Positions 19,839 through 28,779 of a DNA stretch of 53,656 nt are shown in pieces. Position 1 is the first letter of the stretch; each line of letters opens with the position of its first letter. The translations under genes were made by a program, and so were the position numbers. The stretch comes from an uncultured bacterium (GTDB lineage: Bacteria; RBG-13-61-14; DRUE01): positions 1 through 53,656 of the forward strand of contig CAZQJX010000001.1 in NCBI GenBank assembly GCA_964592965.1. Direction: 5' to 3'. The notes beneath the pieces are model-generated. The model saw only the letters and a list, made by a program, of their open reading frames with translations. It had not been told where the DNA came from and did no database searches.

Positions 19839-20875
19839 GTATCTCTTTCAATCGGCTTTCTCTTAGCCTCTTTAATCAGCCGAATAAGCTCCTCTCTTGC
19901 CAGTGCCTCTGGAGTTTGCGCTCCTGCCATATGGGTGATTTTCTCCTGCTCAACTGTTCCGTCTAGGTCATCAGCACCGAACCAAAGCGAAACCTGTGCC
20001 AGCTTCTCTCCAAGCATAATCCAAAATGCCTTAATGTGCGGGAAATTATCAAGATAGATTCTGCTTACTGCTATGGTCTTTAAATCATCAATTCCTGTTG
20101 TGTAATAAGGATGGTCAATGCGGGTGTTCTTAGGGTGAAAAGCAAGCGGAACAAAAGCGGAAAACCCGCCGGTTTCATCCTGAAGCTGACGCAACCTTTC
20201 CAGATGGTCAACCCGATGCTCGTATTTTTCAATATGACCGTAAAGCATAGTTGCATTGGAAGGAATGCCTTTTTTGTGAAGTGCTCTATGAACCTCAAGC
20301 CATCTTTGGGCTGGAATTTTTTCCGGGCAGATGCGCTCTCTCACCTCAGGATGAAAAATCTCTGCTCCGCCACCAGGAACCGCATCCAGCCCTGCTTTTT
20401 TCAGCTCATCAATAACCTCATTCAGGCTCATTCCGCTAATCTGGCAGAAATGGTCAATTTCAACCGCGGTATATGCCTGAAGTAAGGTTTGTGGCTTTTT
20501 CTTTTTCAGGATGCGCAGAATCTCAAGATAATAATCAAAATCCCATTGGGGATGAAGCCCGCCAACAATGTGAAACTCATAAACCTCACCTGTTTGGTCA
20601 GCAATTTGTTCAATCTCTTTTAAACTGAGCTCATAACCATAAGGGTCGCCAAAGCTGGCGCTGAACGCACAGAACCGACACCGATTCTTACAATAATTGG
20701 TAGGATTTATATGACGATTGATATTAAAAAAAACTCTCTCCCCCCACTTCCTCTCTTTAACCAGATTAGCGAGTTTTCCCAGCCAGAGTAGGTCATCGGT
20801 TTCAAATAAAAAAACTCCTTCTTCAAAACTTATTCTTTTGCCTTCTTTGACCTTTTTTTCAATCTGCTCTTTCAT
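19811..20875 (-). CDS. mqnE: Aminofutalosine synthase (radical SAM)
   Basis: RISFEEGVFLFETDDLLWLGKLANLVKERKWG...NINRHINPTNYCKNRCRFCAF closely follows the remembered MqnE N-terminus. Confidence 0.75.
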   Translation of the reverse strand: MKEQIEKKVKEGKRISFEEGVFLFETDDLLWLGKLANLVKERKWGERVFFNINRHINPTNYCKNRCRFCAFSASFGDPYGYELSLKEIEQIADQTGEVYEFHIVGGLHPQWDFDYYLEILRILKKKKPQTLLQAYTAVEIDHFCQISGMSLNEVIDELKKAGLDAVPGGGAEIFHPEVRERICPEKIPAQRWLEVHRALHKKGIPSNATMLYGHIEKYEHRVDHLERLRQLQDETGGFSAFVPLAFHPKNTRIDHPYYTTGIDDLKTIAVSRIYLDNFPHIKAFWIMLGEKLAQVSLWFGADDLDGTVEQEKITHMAGAQTPEALAREELIRLIKEAKRKPIERDTWYRVRKVW

Positions 20876-20932
20876 CTTATTTAAGATAAAGGCAAGTGCG
20901 GTTCAATCAAATGGAGAGCTTCTAGAGAGCTT

Positions 20933-21595
20933 TTAAAACATATCTTTGTATTTATCTATTTCTTTTACATCTTCGGGAGTGCCTTTGGTTTCTTTTTCAA
21001 TTTGCGCAAAGATTTTATCTCGGTTCTGCATAATCATATTTAAGTGCATTATGGTTGTGATAAGACGCTTGGCGTTGATAAAAATAAAAACCTCAAAAAA
21101 CTTGGACAAAAACCGAATGTTCTTCTTCAACTGCTCAGATGAGAGTGAAGGTAGCTCACGATATGCTATGCGGAATTTTCCAGGGTCAAGATGATGGCGC
21201 TGGGCAATTGCCTCAAGCTCAGAATCACTAAGCCTTGCATCTTGATAAGGTCCTACTATCACCCTTCCCAGAGATTCAAACTGATGCTGAATGGAAAAAA
21301 CCGCGTATTTAGCTCCGCAGGCAGATTGAACCTGCAAGGCACTGCTTCCTGAAACAGGTTGAGTTAATAGCCTTTCTTTTACTCCTTGACAAAGAGCTTC
21401 CCCGCCCTGAGAGCTGGTTATCAAAGAGCAAAAAATGTCTTCTTCGCCTGTTTTAAAAAGCTCTTTATGCTCTCGGTCATAAATTCTTATTCTCAACCCG
21501 AGCACACTGGATAAAATGCGAATGAGCTCCCCTGTTGCAGAGAGGTCTAAAAGCTCATCCAGCTCAAACCTTCTGCCCAGCTCTTGGTCAATCAT
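20933..21595 (-). CDS. PocR-like sensory-domain protein with a C-terminal helical tail
   Basis: The pattern LGLRIRIYD...FCSLI...G..LCQ...ACGAKY....LGRVIVGPY resembles the Cys-containing PocR ligand-binding fold as I remember it. The start overlaps the stop of the MglA-like gene (ATGA). Confidence 0.45.
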   Translation of the reverse strand: MIDQELGRRFELDELLDLSATGELIRILSSVLGLRIRIYDREHKELFKTGEEDIFCSLITSSQGGEALCQGVKERLLTQPVSGSSALQVQSACGAKYAVFSIQHQFESLGRVIVGPYQDARLSDSELEAIAQRHHLDPGKFRIAYRELPSLSSEQLKKNIRFLSKFFEVFIFINAKRLITTIMHLNMIMQNRDKIFAQIEKETKGTPEDVKEIDKYKDMF

Positions 21596-22308
21596 TTTAA
21601 AAGCTCGCTTGCTTCTCCTGGGGTGACCATATATTTTTTCAAGTCCACAAACTTTTTTATCTTGTCGCTTTTGATTTGTTCAAGAAAGTCATTTGGGTCA
21701 AATCCAAACTTTTTATTAAAGTCATACTTTTTATCAATGCTAGCAAAAGCCATTTTGGCAATGGCTTCAAAGGTCTCAAATACTCCTCTTCCCTGCGTGG
21801 CAATAGATAAAAAGGTTGGAAAGCGAGTAGGACCCCAGTCTCTCCTGATTTCTTCAACTGGCTTTATGTTCTCAAGGTCGCGCTTGTTGAACTGGATAAG
21901 AATGGGAAGGGTCTCAAAATCAATATTATTGGCTTTGAGATTCTCTTTTAGGTTCTTAAAGCTGATGGAATTGCTCAGCGCCTGTGAGCGCTGACTATCA
22001 GCAACAAACACAACTGCATCCGCACCAGCTAAAACCGCTCTTCTTGTCTCATTGTGAATCACCTGACCAGGCACAGTAAAAAGCTTTATTTTTACTTTTA
22101 ATCCTGTGGGAGTTTGATACTGCAAAGGAAGAAGGTCAAAAAACAAGGTGCGGTCCATATGAGTTTCTAGGCTCATCAATCTGCCACGATGATGAGGGTC
22201 AAGCATCATATGAAGAGATTGAAGATTGGTGGTTTTTCCAGAAAGGGCGGGACCATAATAAACAATTTTTATGGCAACTTCACGAAGCTCTAAATTCATC
22301 TGCACCAC
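21592..22308 (-). CDS. MglA-like Ras-superfamily small GTPase with a C-terminal extension of about 40 aa
   Basis: KIVYYGPALSGKTTNLQ (P-loop), DRTLFFDLLP, FTVPGQV (the PGQ of MglA), VFVADSQ and QFNKRDL all track Myxococcus MglA as I remember it. Confidence 0.8.
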   Translation of the reverse strand: MVQMNLELREVAIKIVYYGPALSGKTTNLQSLHMMLDPHHRGRLMSLETHMDRTLFFDLLPLQYQTPTGLKVKIKLFTVPGQVIHNETRRAVLAGADAVVFVADSQRSQALSNSISFKNLKENLKANNIDFETLPILIQFNKRDLENIKPVEEIRRDWGPTRFPTFLSIATQGRGVFETFEAIAKMAFASIDKKYDFNKKFGFDPNDFLEQIKSDKIKKFVDLKKYMVTPGEASELLK

Positions 22309-22351
22309 TTTATTTCCTCCCTCAAATATAATAAACCAAAATCAATAGAAA

Positions 22352-22882
22352 TTAAATTAGGTTTTTTAAAATTGCTTTAATGTTTTCATAAACCTCATCT
22401 CGCTCTTTGGGCTTAATTTCAAAAAGCACAACATCGCTACGGGATTTGATTTTATCCGCAAATGGGTGAGATTTTTTCATAATAGTAGCGAGAACAGGTT
22501 TATTTGAATCAAAAACTTCTAAAATCAACTTTTTAAAATCCTCTGAAAAAAGCTCCATCTTGCCGATTTCATCAATGACCACAAGCTGTGCCTGAGAAAG
22601 AGCTCTCTCAACTGCCCTGAGCGCTATTTTTTCAAAGCCGAGTAAATTCACCCTATACTTTCCTACTTTAAGTTTTGAAGGGAAATCTACGCTGGCAAGA
22701 AGCTCCTTTTCTCCTTTAAAATCCTCCACCCAAAAGCCTACTCTCTTTCCCTTTTCTCTGATTTCAGAGGTAAAAAATCCATCAGCATCAATGCCCAGTT
22801 CCTTGATTAACCTTTTGACCAGGGTGGTCTTTCCAGAGCCAGGCGCACCAGTTAAAAGCAAATTCTTACTCTGCATTTGCAA
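22352..22882 (-). CDS. THEP1/NTPase-1 family nucleoside-triphosphatase
   Basis: LLTGAPGSGKTT Walker A, VVIDEIGKMELFS Walker B, and a size of about 175 aa. Confidence 0.7.
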   Translation of the reverse strand: MQMQSKNLLLTGAPGSGKTTLVKRLIKELGIDADGFFTSEIREKGKRVGFWVEDFKGEKELLASVDFPSKLKVGKYRVNLLGFEKIALRAVERALSQAQLVVIDEIGKMELFSEDFKKLILEVFDSNKPVLATIMKKSHPFADKIKSRSDVVLFEIKPKERDEVYENIKAILKNLI

Positions 22883-22942
22883 TTTTTCTAATTTTATCTG
22901 AAAATTAAAAAAGGTAAAAACCCAAACAAAGGGGGAATTTTA

Positions 22943-23197
22943 ATGGAGAAAAAAGAAATAGGGGTTATTACTCATTATTTTGGAAAGATAAGCGTGGCAG
23001 CAATCAAGCTCAGCGATGAGCTTTGTGTTGGCGATAAAATCTCAATTGAAGGTGCACACACCAATTTTGAGCAAACAGTGGATTCTATGCAAATAGAGCA
23101 TCAATCAATAGAAAAAGCCAAAGCAGGAGATGAGGTGGGGATTAAAGTAGCTGAGAGGGTAAGAGAGGGCGACCGAGTGTATAAGATTATTGAATAA
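22943..23197 (+). CDS. Small EF-Tu domain-2-like beta-barrel protein
   Basis: 84 aa. The GDKISIEG...QIEHQSIEKAKAGDEVGIKV pattern matches translation-factor domain II. The SD AGGGGGA precedes the ATG. Confidence 0.55.
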   Translation: MEKKEIGVITHYFGKISVAAIKLSDELCVGDKISIEGAHTNFEQTVDSMQIEHQSIEKAKAGDEVGIKVAERVREGDRVYKIIE

Positions 23198-23356
23198 TAG
23201 TATCAGATTTATTCATAAAGCCCCTCTTTTTAAGCCTTGTTTTTAGCCAATTAGTGCTTAAATTGTAAGCAGGAAGGTGCGAAAAAATAAATAAAATTTT
23301 TGAAACCAAAACCTATATTTTTGCATCTAAAATCCCAGTTTGAAAAAGGCGGAAAA

Positions 23357-24580
23357 ATGAGACGGGGAATTAACAAAATAGAGCAAAATTTAGACCCTGA
23401 GCTCCTTCAGGACCTAAAAGAGTTCTTTGCTGAGGACGAGGAAGAGGAGCAGAGGGAGGAGTTTGAATATGCTCCTGCTGAAGAAGAGGAGCCAGAGGAG
23501 CGGGAGAGCCTTTTTGAGCAGAAGCCAAGCACTGACCTTCTTTCCCTCTACCTTCAGGAGATGGACGAGCGGAGTCTTTTCACCCCTGAACAAGAGGTTG
23601 AAAAGGCAAGAGAAATTCAGGAGCTACGGGACAGGCTCTGGGATATAATAAAAAGCCTCAGCTTTATTGATGCCAGCAAGTATCCAGAGTTTTCTGACCA
23701 GCTAATTAATGAAGTCATAGCCAAGATGAAGGCTTGGCTTGATGACCTTCGCTATCATCGCAAGAGCGAATATACGGTTCGTAAGGAAAGTGGGCTGAGC
23801 AAGACCAAGCTTAAAAAGCTTTATCAGGAGATTGGGGAGCTTAAGAAAAAGCTTGATGAAAGGCGCAATGAGTTTGTGGAAGCCAACCTCAGGCTGGTAG
23901 TGAAAATTGCTAACCGATACCGCAATCAGGCGGTGAGCATTGCAGACCTTATTCAAGAGGGCAATCTCGGCTTGATTCGTGCGGTAGAAAAATTTGACTG
24001 GAGAAAAGGATTTAAGTTTTCCAGTTATGCTACTTGGTGGATTCATCAGGCAATAATTAGGGCACTGGCGGAAAAGAGCAAGCTCATCAAGGTGCCTGTG
24101 TATCTTACTGAAAAAATCCGTCGCTTGGACCGTGCCAGCAGAAGCCTTGCCCAGGAGCTTGATAAAGAGCCCAATGTGGAAGAGCTCGCCCGTGAGCTGG
24201 AAATGGAGCCCGAAGAGGTGCTCAATCTGCTTCGCATCAGCAAAGAGCCTATTTCCCTTGAAGGTCAGGTGGGAGATTTGGAAGAAGTCTCCATTGGAGA
24301 TTTAATAGAAGACCAGAGCGCTCCCCGTGCTGATGAATACACTGCACAGAAAGACCTTGTTGAGCACCTTGAAGAAGCACTGAAAAAGCTCACTCCCCGT
24401 GAAGAAAAGGTGCTCAGGCTCCGCTACGGTCTGGGCGGAGAAGAGGTGAAGACTCTGGAAGAAATCGGAAATATGTTTGGTGTGAGCAGGGAGCGTGTGC
24501 GCCAGATTGAGCAAAAAGGTCTTCGCAAGCTCCGCCACCCTTCCCGCTCCAAGGTGCTGAGAAGTTTTTTTAAAAATTAA
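23357..24580 (+). CDS. rpoD: Primary-type RNA polymerase sigma-70 factor
   Basis: Acidic N-terminus, region 2 (DLIQEGNLGLIRAVEKFDWRKGFKFSSYATWWIHQAI), region 3, and a region 4 HTH (TLEEIGNMFGVSRERVRQIE). The start is placed at the ATG at 23357 rather than the TTG at 23300. Confidence 0.9.
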   Translation: MRRGINKIEQNLDPELLQDLKEFFAEDEEEEQREEFEYAPAEEEEPEERESLFEQKPSTDLLSLYLQEMDERSLFTPEQEVEKAREIQELRDRLWDIIKSLSFIDASKYPEFSDQLINEVIAKMKAWLDDLRYHRKSEYTVRKESGLSKTKLKKLYQEIGELKKKLDERRNEFVEANLRLVVKIANRYRNQAVSIADLIQEGNLGLIRAVEKFDWRKGFKFSSYATWWIHQAIIRALAEKSKLIKVPVYLTEKIRRLDRASRSLAQELDKEPNVEELARELEMEPEEVLNLLRISKEPISLEGQVGDLEEVSIGDLIEDQSAPRADEYTAQKDLVEHLEEALKKLTPREEKVLRLRYGLGGEEVKTLEEIGNMFGVSRERVRQIEQKGLRKLRHPSRSKVLRSFFKN

Positions 24581-24620
24581 AATTCCTCTCTCAAATCGGT
24601 TGTTCAGAGCCAATATTTTA

Positions 24621-24649
24621 TTGACAAACATCCTCTTTTCAGTTAATTT
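24621..24649 (+). promoter_or_regulatory. Candidate sigma-70 promoter upstream of the XylF-like gene
   Basis: TTGACA (24621-24626), a 17-nt spacer, then TAATTT (24644-24649). It would give a very short or absent leader before the ATGs at 24655/24658. By-eye match only. Confidence 0.3.
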
Positions 24650-24654
24650 TGCTG

Positions 24655-25662
24655 ATGATGCGAAAACAGAGCTTACTGGTGTGTGTTTTTATTCTGCTAC
24701 TATTCTTTTCGTCCCTACTTTCTGCGCAGGAAGTTAAAATTGGCGTGCTTTTTGATTTTCTTTCCCAAAGGTGGCTCAAAGACCGAGACTATCTTTTAAA
24801 AGAAGCCCAAAAGCATTCAGTCAAGCTCATTATTAAAAGCGCGGAGCAAAACCAACAGCTCCAGATTGCGCAGGCAAAAGAGCTGATTGAGCAGGGCGTA
24901 AAAGCTCTTCTGGTTATTCCTCACCATCTTCAACTGGCAGGAAGAATTGTTGAGCTGGCTCATCAAAAAGGAGTTTTTGTTATTGCCTACGACCGAATTA
25001 TTAGGGGTTGCGATTTGGATTTTTATGTTTCCTTTGACAGCGAAAAAGTAGGAGAGCTTCAGGCTAAATATGCTCTCAAAAAAGTTCCTCAAGGAAACTT
25101 TGGCTTGGTTGGTGGCTCACCATCGGACTTTAATGCCCTTTTGCTGAGAAAGGGGCAGTTAAAAATATTAACCCCGCAGGTTAAAGCAGGAAGAATAAAA
25201 ATTCTTTTTGATTTTTATACTGAGGAATGGAAAGCAGAGGTTGCAAAGAGAAAATTCAAATCATTGCTTGCAGGCACATCTGAGCCTATTAACGCTGTTC
25301 TCTGCGGTAATGATATTCTCGCAGGTGCGATTATTGAGGTGATTGAATCAAAAGGTTTACAAGGAAAGGTTTTTGTTGCTGGTCAGGATGCTGAGCTTAG
25401 TGCTCTTCACCAAATACTTGAAGGAAAACAAAGCATAACCATTTATAAACCGATAAAAAAAGAGGCGCATTATGCAATGGAGCTGGCAGTAAAACTGGCA
25501 AGAGGAGAAAAGGTAAATTATCTTATCAACCGAACGGTCAATAACGGCTTTAAAGAAGTGCCCTCAATTCTGCTTGAACCGCTGGTCATAGACAAGAGCA
25601 ACATCCAGCTAATTATTAAAGATGGTTTTTATACAAAAGAGCAGGTATTTGGCAAAAAATGA
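24655..25662 (+). CDS. xylF: Periplasmic D-xylose-binding-protein-like (type I PBP) solute-binding protein
   Basis: Signal peptide. VKIGVLFD...RWLKDRDYLLKEAQK, YDRIIRGCDLDFYVSFDSEKVGELQAKYA, GQDAELSAL and TIYKPIKK track E. coli XylF along its length as I remember it. No xylGH genes are adjacent. Confidence 0.75.
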   Translation: MMRKQSLLVCVFILLLFFSSLLSAQEVKIGVLFDFLSQRWLKDRDYLLKEAQKHSVKLIIKSAEQNQQLQIAQAKELIEQGVKALLVIPHHLQLAGRIVELAHQKGVFVIAYDRIIRGCDLDFYVSFDSEKVGELQAKYALKKVPQGNFGLVGGSPSDFNALLLRKGQLKILTPQVKAGRIKILFDFYTEEWKAEVAKRKFKSLLAGTSEPINAVLCGNDILAGAIIEVIESKGLQGKVFVAGQDAELSALHQILEGKQSITIYKPIKKEAHYAMELAVKLARGEKVNYLINRTVNNGFKEVPSILLEPLVIDKSNIQLIIKDGFYTKEQVFGKK

Positions 25663-26555
25663 GTGAAGAGCAAGCTGGCCGGCTGAGCTTTCTCAGGTGG
25701 GGATTAAGATATTACAGTGTTTTATTTTTTCTCGGATATCCAATTTTAGGAGCCTTTTTCAGCCTTCCTGATTTTTCAATAAAAAACCTAATTAAGCTTA
25801 TATTCTTTGGCTTTTTTAATCTTTTATTTCTTTTTCAGGTTTTTATGTTTAATGATTGGGGTGATTATCAATTCAATCCTGATGAGGCACAAAGACGGTC
25901 TCGTCAGGCATTAAAGCATCCAGAGCTGGTTAGCGAGCGTCAGATTCTGGCATTGTGTATAATCTTAGCTCTGATTAGTATTCTGGGAATATTTGCTCTT
26001 TCATTGAATTCAGCAGCGGTGGTAATTGTGGTGTATCTTATTAATCTTTTTTACTCGCATCCCCGGCTGAGTCTAAAAAAAATGCCTGCATTGGCAGAGC
26101 TTGCGCATTTGTTAGGAGGCGGGCTTTACTTTCTTTCTGGATGGCTTTTGTTTGAGAAACCCAGTGGTTTTTCCCTTCTCCTTGCAGGATTTTTTGGCAC
26201 AATCCTTATGGCAGGAAATTTCCCCAATCAGATAGAGCATTTTGAAGAAGAGCTTAAAAGCGGTCTTCGCACCTCTGCAATTGCTTTTGGAAAAAGGCAG
26301 GTACATAATTTCTCCCTCTGGCTTTTTGTGCTTTCTTCAGTTTATCTTTTTGCAGTGATGATTTTTCATTCAAAAAATCCATTTTTTATTGGTTCAGGGA
26401 TATTTTTAATTATCAGTTGGCTGGGAGTAATTTTCTCAGCAAGAAATGACCTATTTTTAAAAAATATCTCTAAATTACGCCAGATAATAAGAATTATTTA
26501 TGCAATATTCAGCTTAATCCTTATTTTTGGTATTTTCTGGGAAAAATTGAGATGA
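25659..26555 (+). CDS. UbiA-superfamily prenyltransferase-like membrane protein (divergent motifs)
   Basis: 8-9 TM segments. The first motif is FNDWGDYQFNPDE, where the canonical third Asp of NDxxDxxxD is Asn. A YSHPRLSLKKMP loop is present. The second motif is Glu-rich (EHFEEELKSGLRT) rather than DxxxD. Confidence 0.6.
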   Translation: MSEEQAGRLSFLRWGLRYYSVLFFLGYPILGAFFSLPDFSIKNLIKLIFFGFFNLLFLFQVFMFNDWGDYQFNPDEAQRRSRQALKHPELVSERQILALCIILALISILGIFALSLNSAAVVIVVYLINLFYSHPRLSLKKMPALAELAHLLGGGLYFLSGWLLFEKPSGFSLLLAGFFGTILMAGNFPNQIEHFEEELKSGLRTSAIAFGKRQVHNFSLWLFVLSSVYLFAVMIFHSKNPFFIGSGIFLIISWLGVIFSARNDLFLKNISKLRQIIRIIYAIFSLILIFGIFWEKLR

Positions 26556-27412
26556 AAGGCGAGCTTTTTCTAGTTGCCACTCCCATTGGTAATTTAAAAG
26601 ACATATCTGAGCGGGCAATAGAAAGTTTAAATCAGGCAGATATAATTCTTTGTGAAGACACCCGCAGAACTCGGGCGCTTTTAAGCCATTTAGGAATAAG
26701 AGGCAAAAAGCTCATCAGCTTTAATGAGCACAATCAGGACAGGCGCATTCCGCAAATCCTTGCCCAGCTTGAGCAGGGGAAAAAAATCGCACTGGCAAGC
26801 GATGCTGGCACTCCAGCTATATCTGACCCAGGCGGAAAGCTTGTTGAGCTCGCTCACAAAAAAGGGATAAAAATTACACCCATACCCGGAGCAAGCGCCA
26901 TTACCACTGCTCTGAGCGCTAGCGGATTTCCAGCAGAGCGATTCCTTTTTCTAGGATTCCTTTCTGCAAAAGCCGGCGAGAGAAGAAAACTTTTGGAAAA
27001 ATATAAAGATTTTCCTGAAACAATCGTTATCTTTGAAGCACCGCATAGAATAGAAAAAACCATCAAAGACCTGCTAGATGTGCTCGGCAACAGAGAAGCC
27101 TGTCTTTGCCGAGAGCTCACCAAAGCATTTGAAGAAATCCGACGCACAAACCTAAGCGAGCTTCTTGATCACATAAAAACCAATCCTCCAAAAGGAGAAA
27201 TCACTTTGATTCTTGAAGGAGCTGAAAAAGAAATTTCTTTAGATTTCAATGAATTAGAGAAAAAACTTAAAGATATAATTACAGAAAAGCTAGCTCAGGG
27301 TAAAAAACTTAAAGAAATAGTTGAGGAAATTGCCAAATCTTACGAAATTTCAAAAAATAAAATATACAAGCTTGCTCTGGAGATAAAAAACTCCCTAGAG
27401 AAAAATTCTTAA
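26552..27412 (+). CDS. rsmI: 16S rRNA (cytidine1402-2'-O)-methyltransferase
   Basis: LFLVATPIGNLKDIS, CEDTR, SDAGTPAISDPG and FEAPHR motifs. Confidence 0.9.
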   Translation: MKGELFLVATPIGNLKDISERAIESLNQADIILCEDTRRTRALLSHLGIRGKKLISFNEHNQDRRIPQILAQLEQGKKIALASDAGTPAISDPGGKLVELAHKKGIKITPIPGASAITTALSASGFPAERFLFLGFLSAKAGERRKLLEKYKDFPETIVIFEAPHRIEKTIKDLLDVLGNREACLCRELTKAFEEIRRTNLSELLDHIKTNPPKGEITLILEGAEKEISLDFNELEKKLKDIITEKLAQGKKLKEIVEEIAKSYEISKNKIYKLALEIKNSLEKNS

Positions 27413-28779
27413 CCGGTGCTTTTGCTTTTTGCTAAAAGGGATTGGTAAATTTCAAAAAGCTCATTGTAATGATGGTTAATATCTTTAACTTGCGGGATTC
27501 TTTCAGCTAAAAGTGTTATTTCCTCTGGATTTTTCAGCAAGTGCTCAATTTTTTGGGCAAGGTCTTTTGGGTTGTTTGGTTCAAAAAGCGCTCCTCCGCC
27601 TTTTTCCAAAAGTTCTTTCATTCCGCCAAGGTTGCTGGCAAGGACTGGGGTTTTTGCAAGAAAAGCCTCGTGGATGATGAGCGGAGAGTTTTCATACCAC
27701 AGGCTTGGCACAACCAAAAGGTCAAGCTCGGAAAGGATTTTTGGAACTTGGCTGTGCTCTGCCCTTCCCATCCATTTTATTCTCTGGTCAGCTCCTGCAA
27801 TTTTTTTCAGCCAGCGGACATAACCGGGAAAATCCTCAAGTGCACCGTAAATTCTCAGCTCAAGCTCTTGGCTTTTAATCTGCTTGATTGCCTGAAGCAA
27901 AATGTGCACTCCTTTGTGCGCAACCAGAGTTCCGATGTATCCGAGCACAAGCCTGCCTTTTTCCCTTACCGCTTTCTCAACATAACCTTCAAGCTCAAAG
28001 CCGTAGTCTGAATGAATAATCTTTTTCACTGGAATCATTTTGGAGCTGACCATCATTTGTTTAAGAAAATTACTCGGAGAGATAATAAGGTCAAGTGCAT
28101 CCACAACCTTTTTCATCTCCTGCCATCGCTCTTTGAGCAATTTTTCTTTTTCTTCTAATTTTTGCTTGCGTCCGAGTTTATCCCTCAGCCAATCCACCCA
28201 TTTTGGTGGTAGGGTTCTTTTGATTTTATGAGCCAATCCCAAAGCATATTCAATTGACTTTTGAATTGTGGCTGGGAAACCGCCTGGAATCATTGCGCTC
28301 ATAGAATGTGGGCAACTAATACAGGCAGAAGATTGCTCTGGGTCTGGGCAGGGAACATATTGTGGTTTGAGCATTATAATTGCTGGGCAGATAAGCCAGT
28401 AATCAGCAAGGGTGAGTATGCAGGGAATACCTCTTTTTTTTGCTTTATGCACAAATCCCACGCTGAGCCGAAAAAGATGCTGAAAGTGAATTAGCTCTGG
28501 CTTGAGCTCATCTAGCACTTTGTCAAAGATTTCATCAAAATCTTCTCTTAGATAAGTTGAACGAAAATCTCTTGCGCCTGAATGATAAAGCCGAAAAACT
28601 TTAATTCCCTTGTATTCCTCTTCTTTAAGCTCAAATCCAGGCTGGGAGCGGTCTTCGCTTGTAAATATCCATACCTCGTGCCCTTTTTCGCTGAACTTTT
28701 TTGCTAAAGAATGCGTATAAATCTCTGTTCCTGCCTGATGACGAGGCAAATAGTAATGAACCACATAAAGGATTTTCAT
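27409..28779 (-). CDS. GT4-family (GT-B) glycosyltransferase with a four-Cys insertion
   Basis: MKILYVVHYYLP...GTEIY start and a C-terminal E..P......EA motif (ENSPLIIHEAFLAKTPVLAS). Insertion DYWLICP-x12-C-x8-CxxC at about 28312-28389. This is the last gene of the long operon. Its stop overlaps the rsmI stop (TTAA). Confidence 0.85.
   Translation of the reverse strand: MKILYVVHYYLPRHQAGTEIYTHSLAKKFSEKGHEVWIFTSEDRSQPGFELKEEEYKGIKVFRLYHSGARDFRSTYLREDFDEIFDKVLDELKPELIHFQHLFRLSVGFVHKAKKRGIPCILTLADYWLICPAIIMLKPQYVPCPDPEQSSACISCPHSMSAMIPGGFPATIQKSIEYALGLAHKIKRTLPPKWVDWLRDKLGRKQKLEEKEKLLKERWQEMKKVVDALDLIISPSNFLKQMMVSSKMIPVKKIIHSDYGFELEGYVEKAVREKGRLVLGYIGTLVAHKGVHILLQAIKQIKSQELELRIYGALEDFPGYVRWLKKIAGADQRIKWMGRAEHSQVPKILSELDLLVVPSLWYENSPLIIHEAFLAKTPVLASNLGGMKELLEKGGGALFEPNNPKDLAQKIEHLLKNPEEITLLAERIPQVKDINHHYNELFEIYQSLLAKSKSTG

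Noticed and set aside
23300-23356. The N-terminal extension of rpoD from the TTG at 23300 (MKPKPIFLHLKSQFEKGGK...).
   Set aside because: The ATG at 23357 is preceded by a purine-rich SD-like stretch (AAAAAGGCGGAAAA). The extension is AT-rich promoter-like DNA with no sigma-factor similarity.
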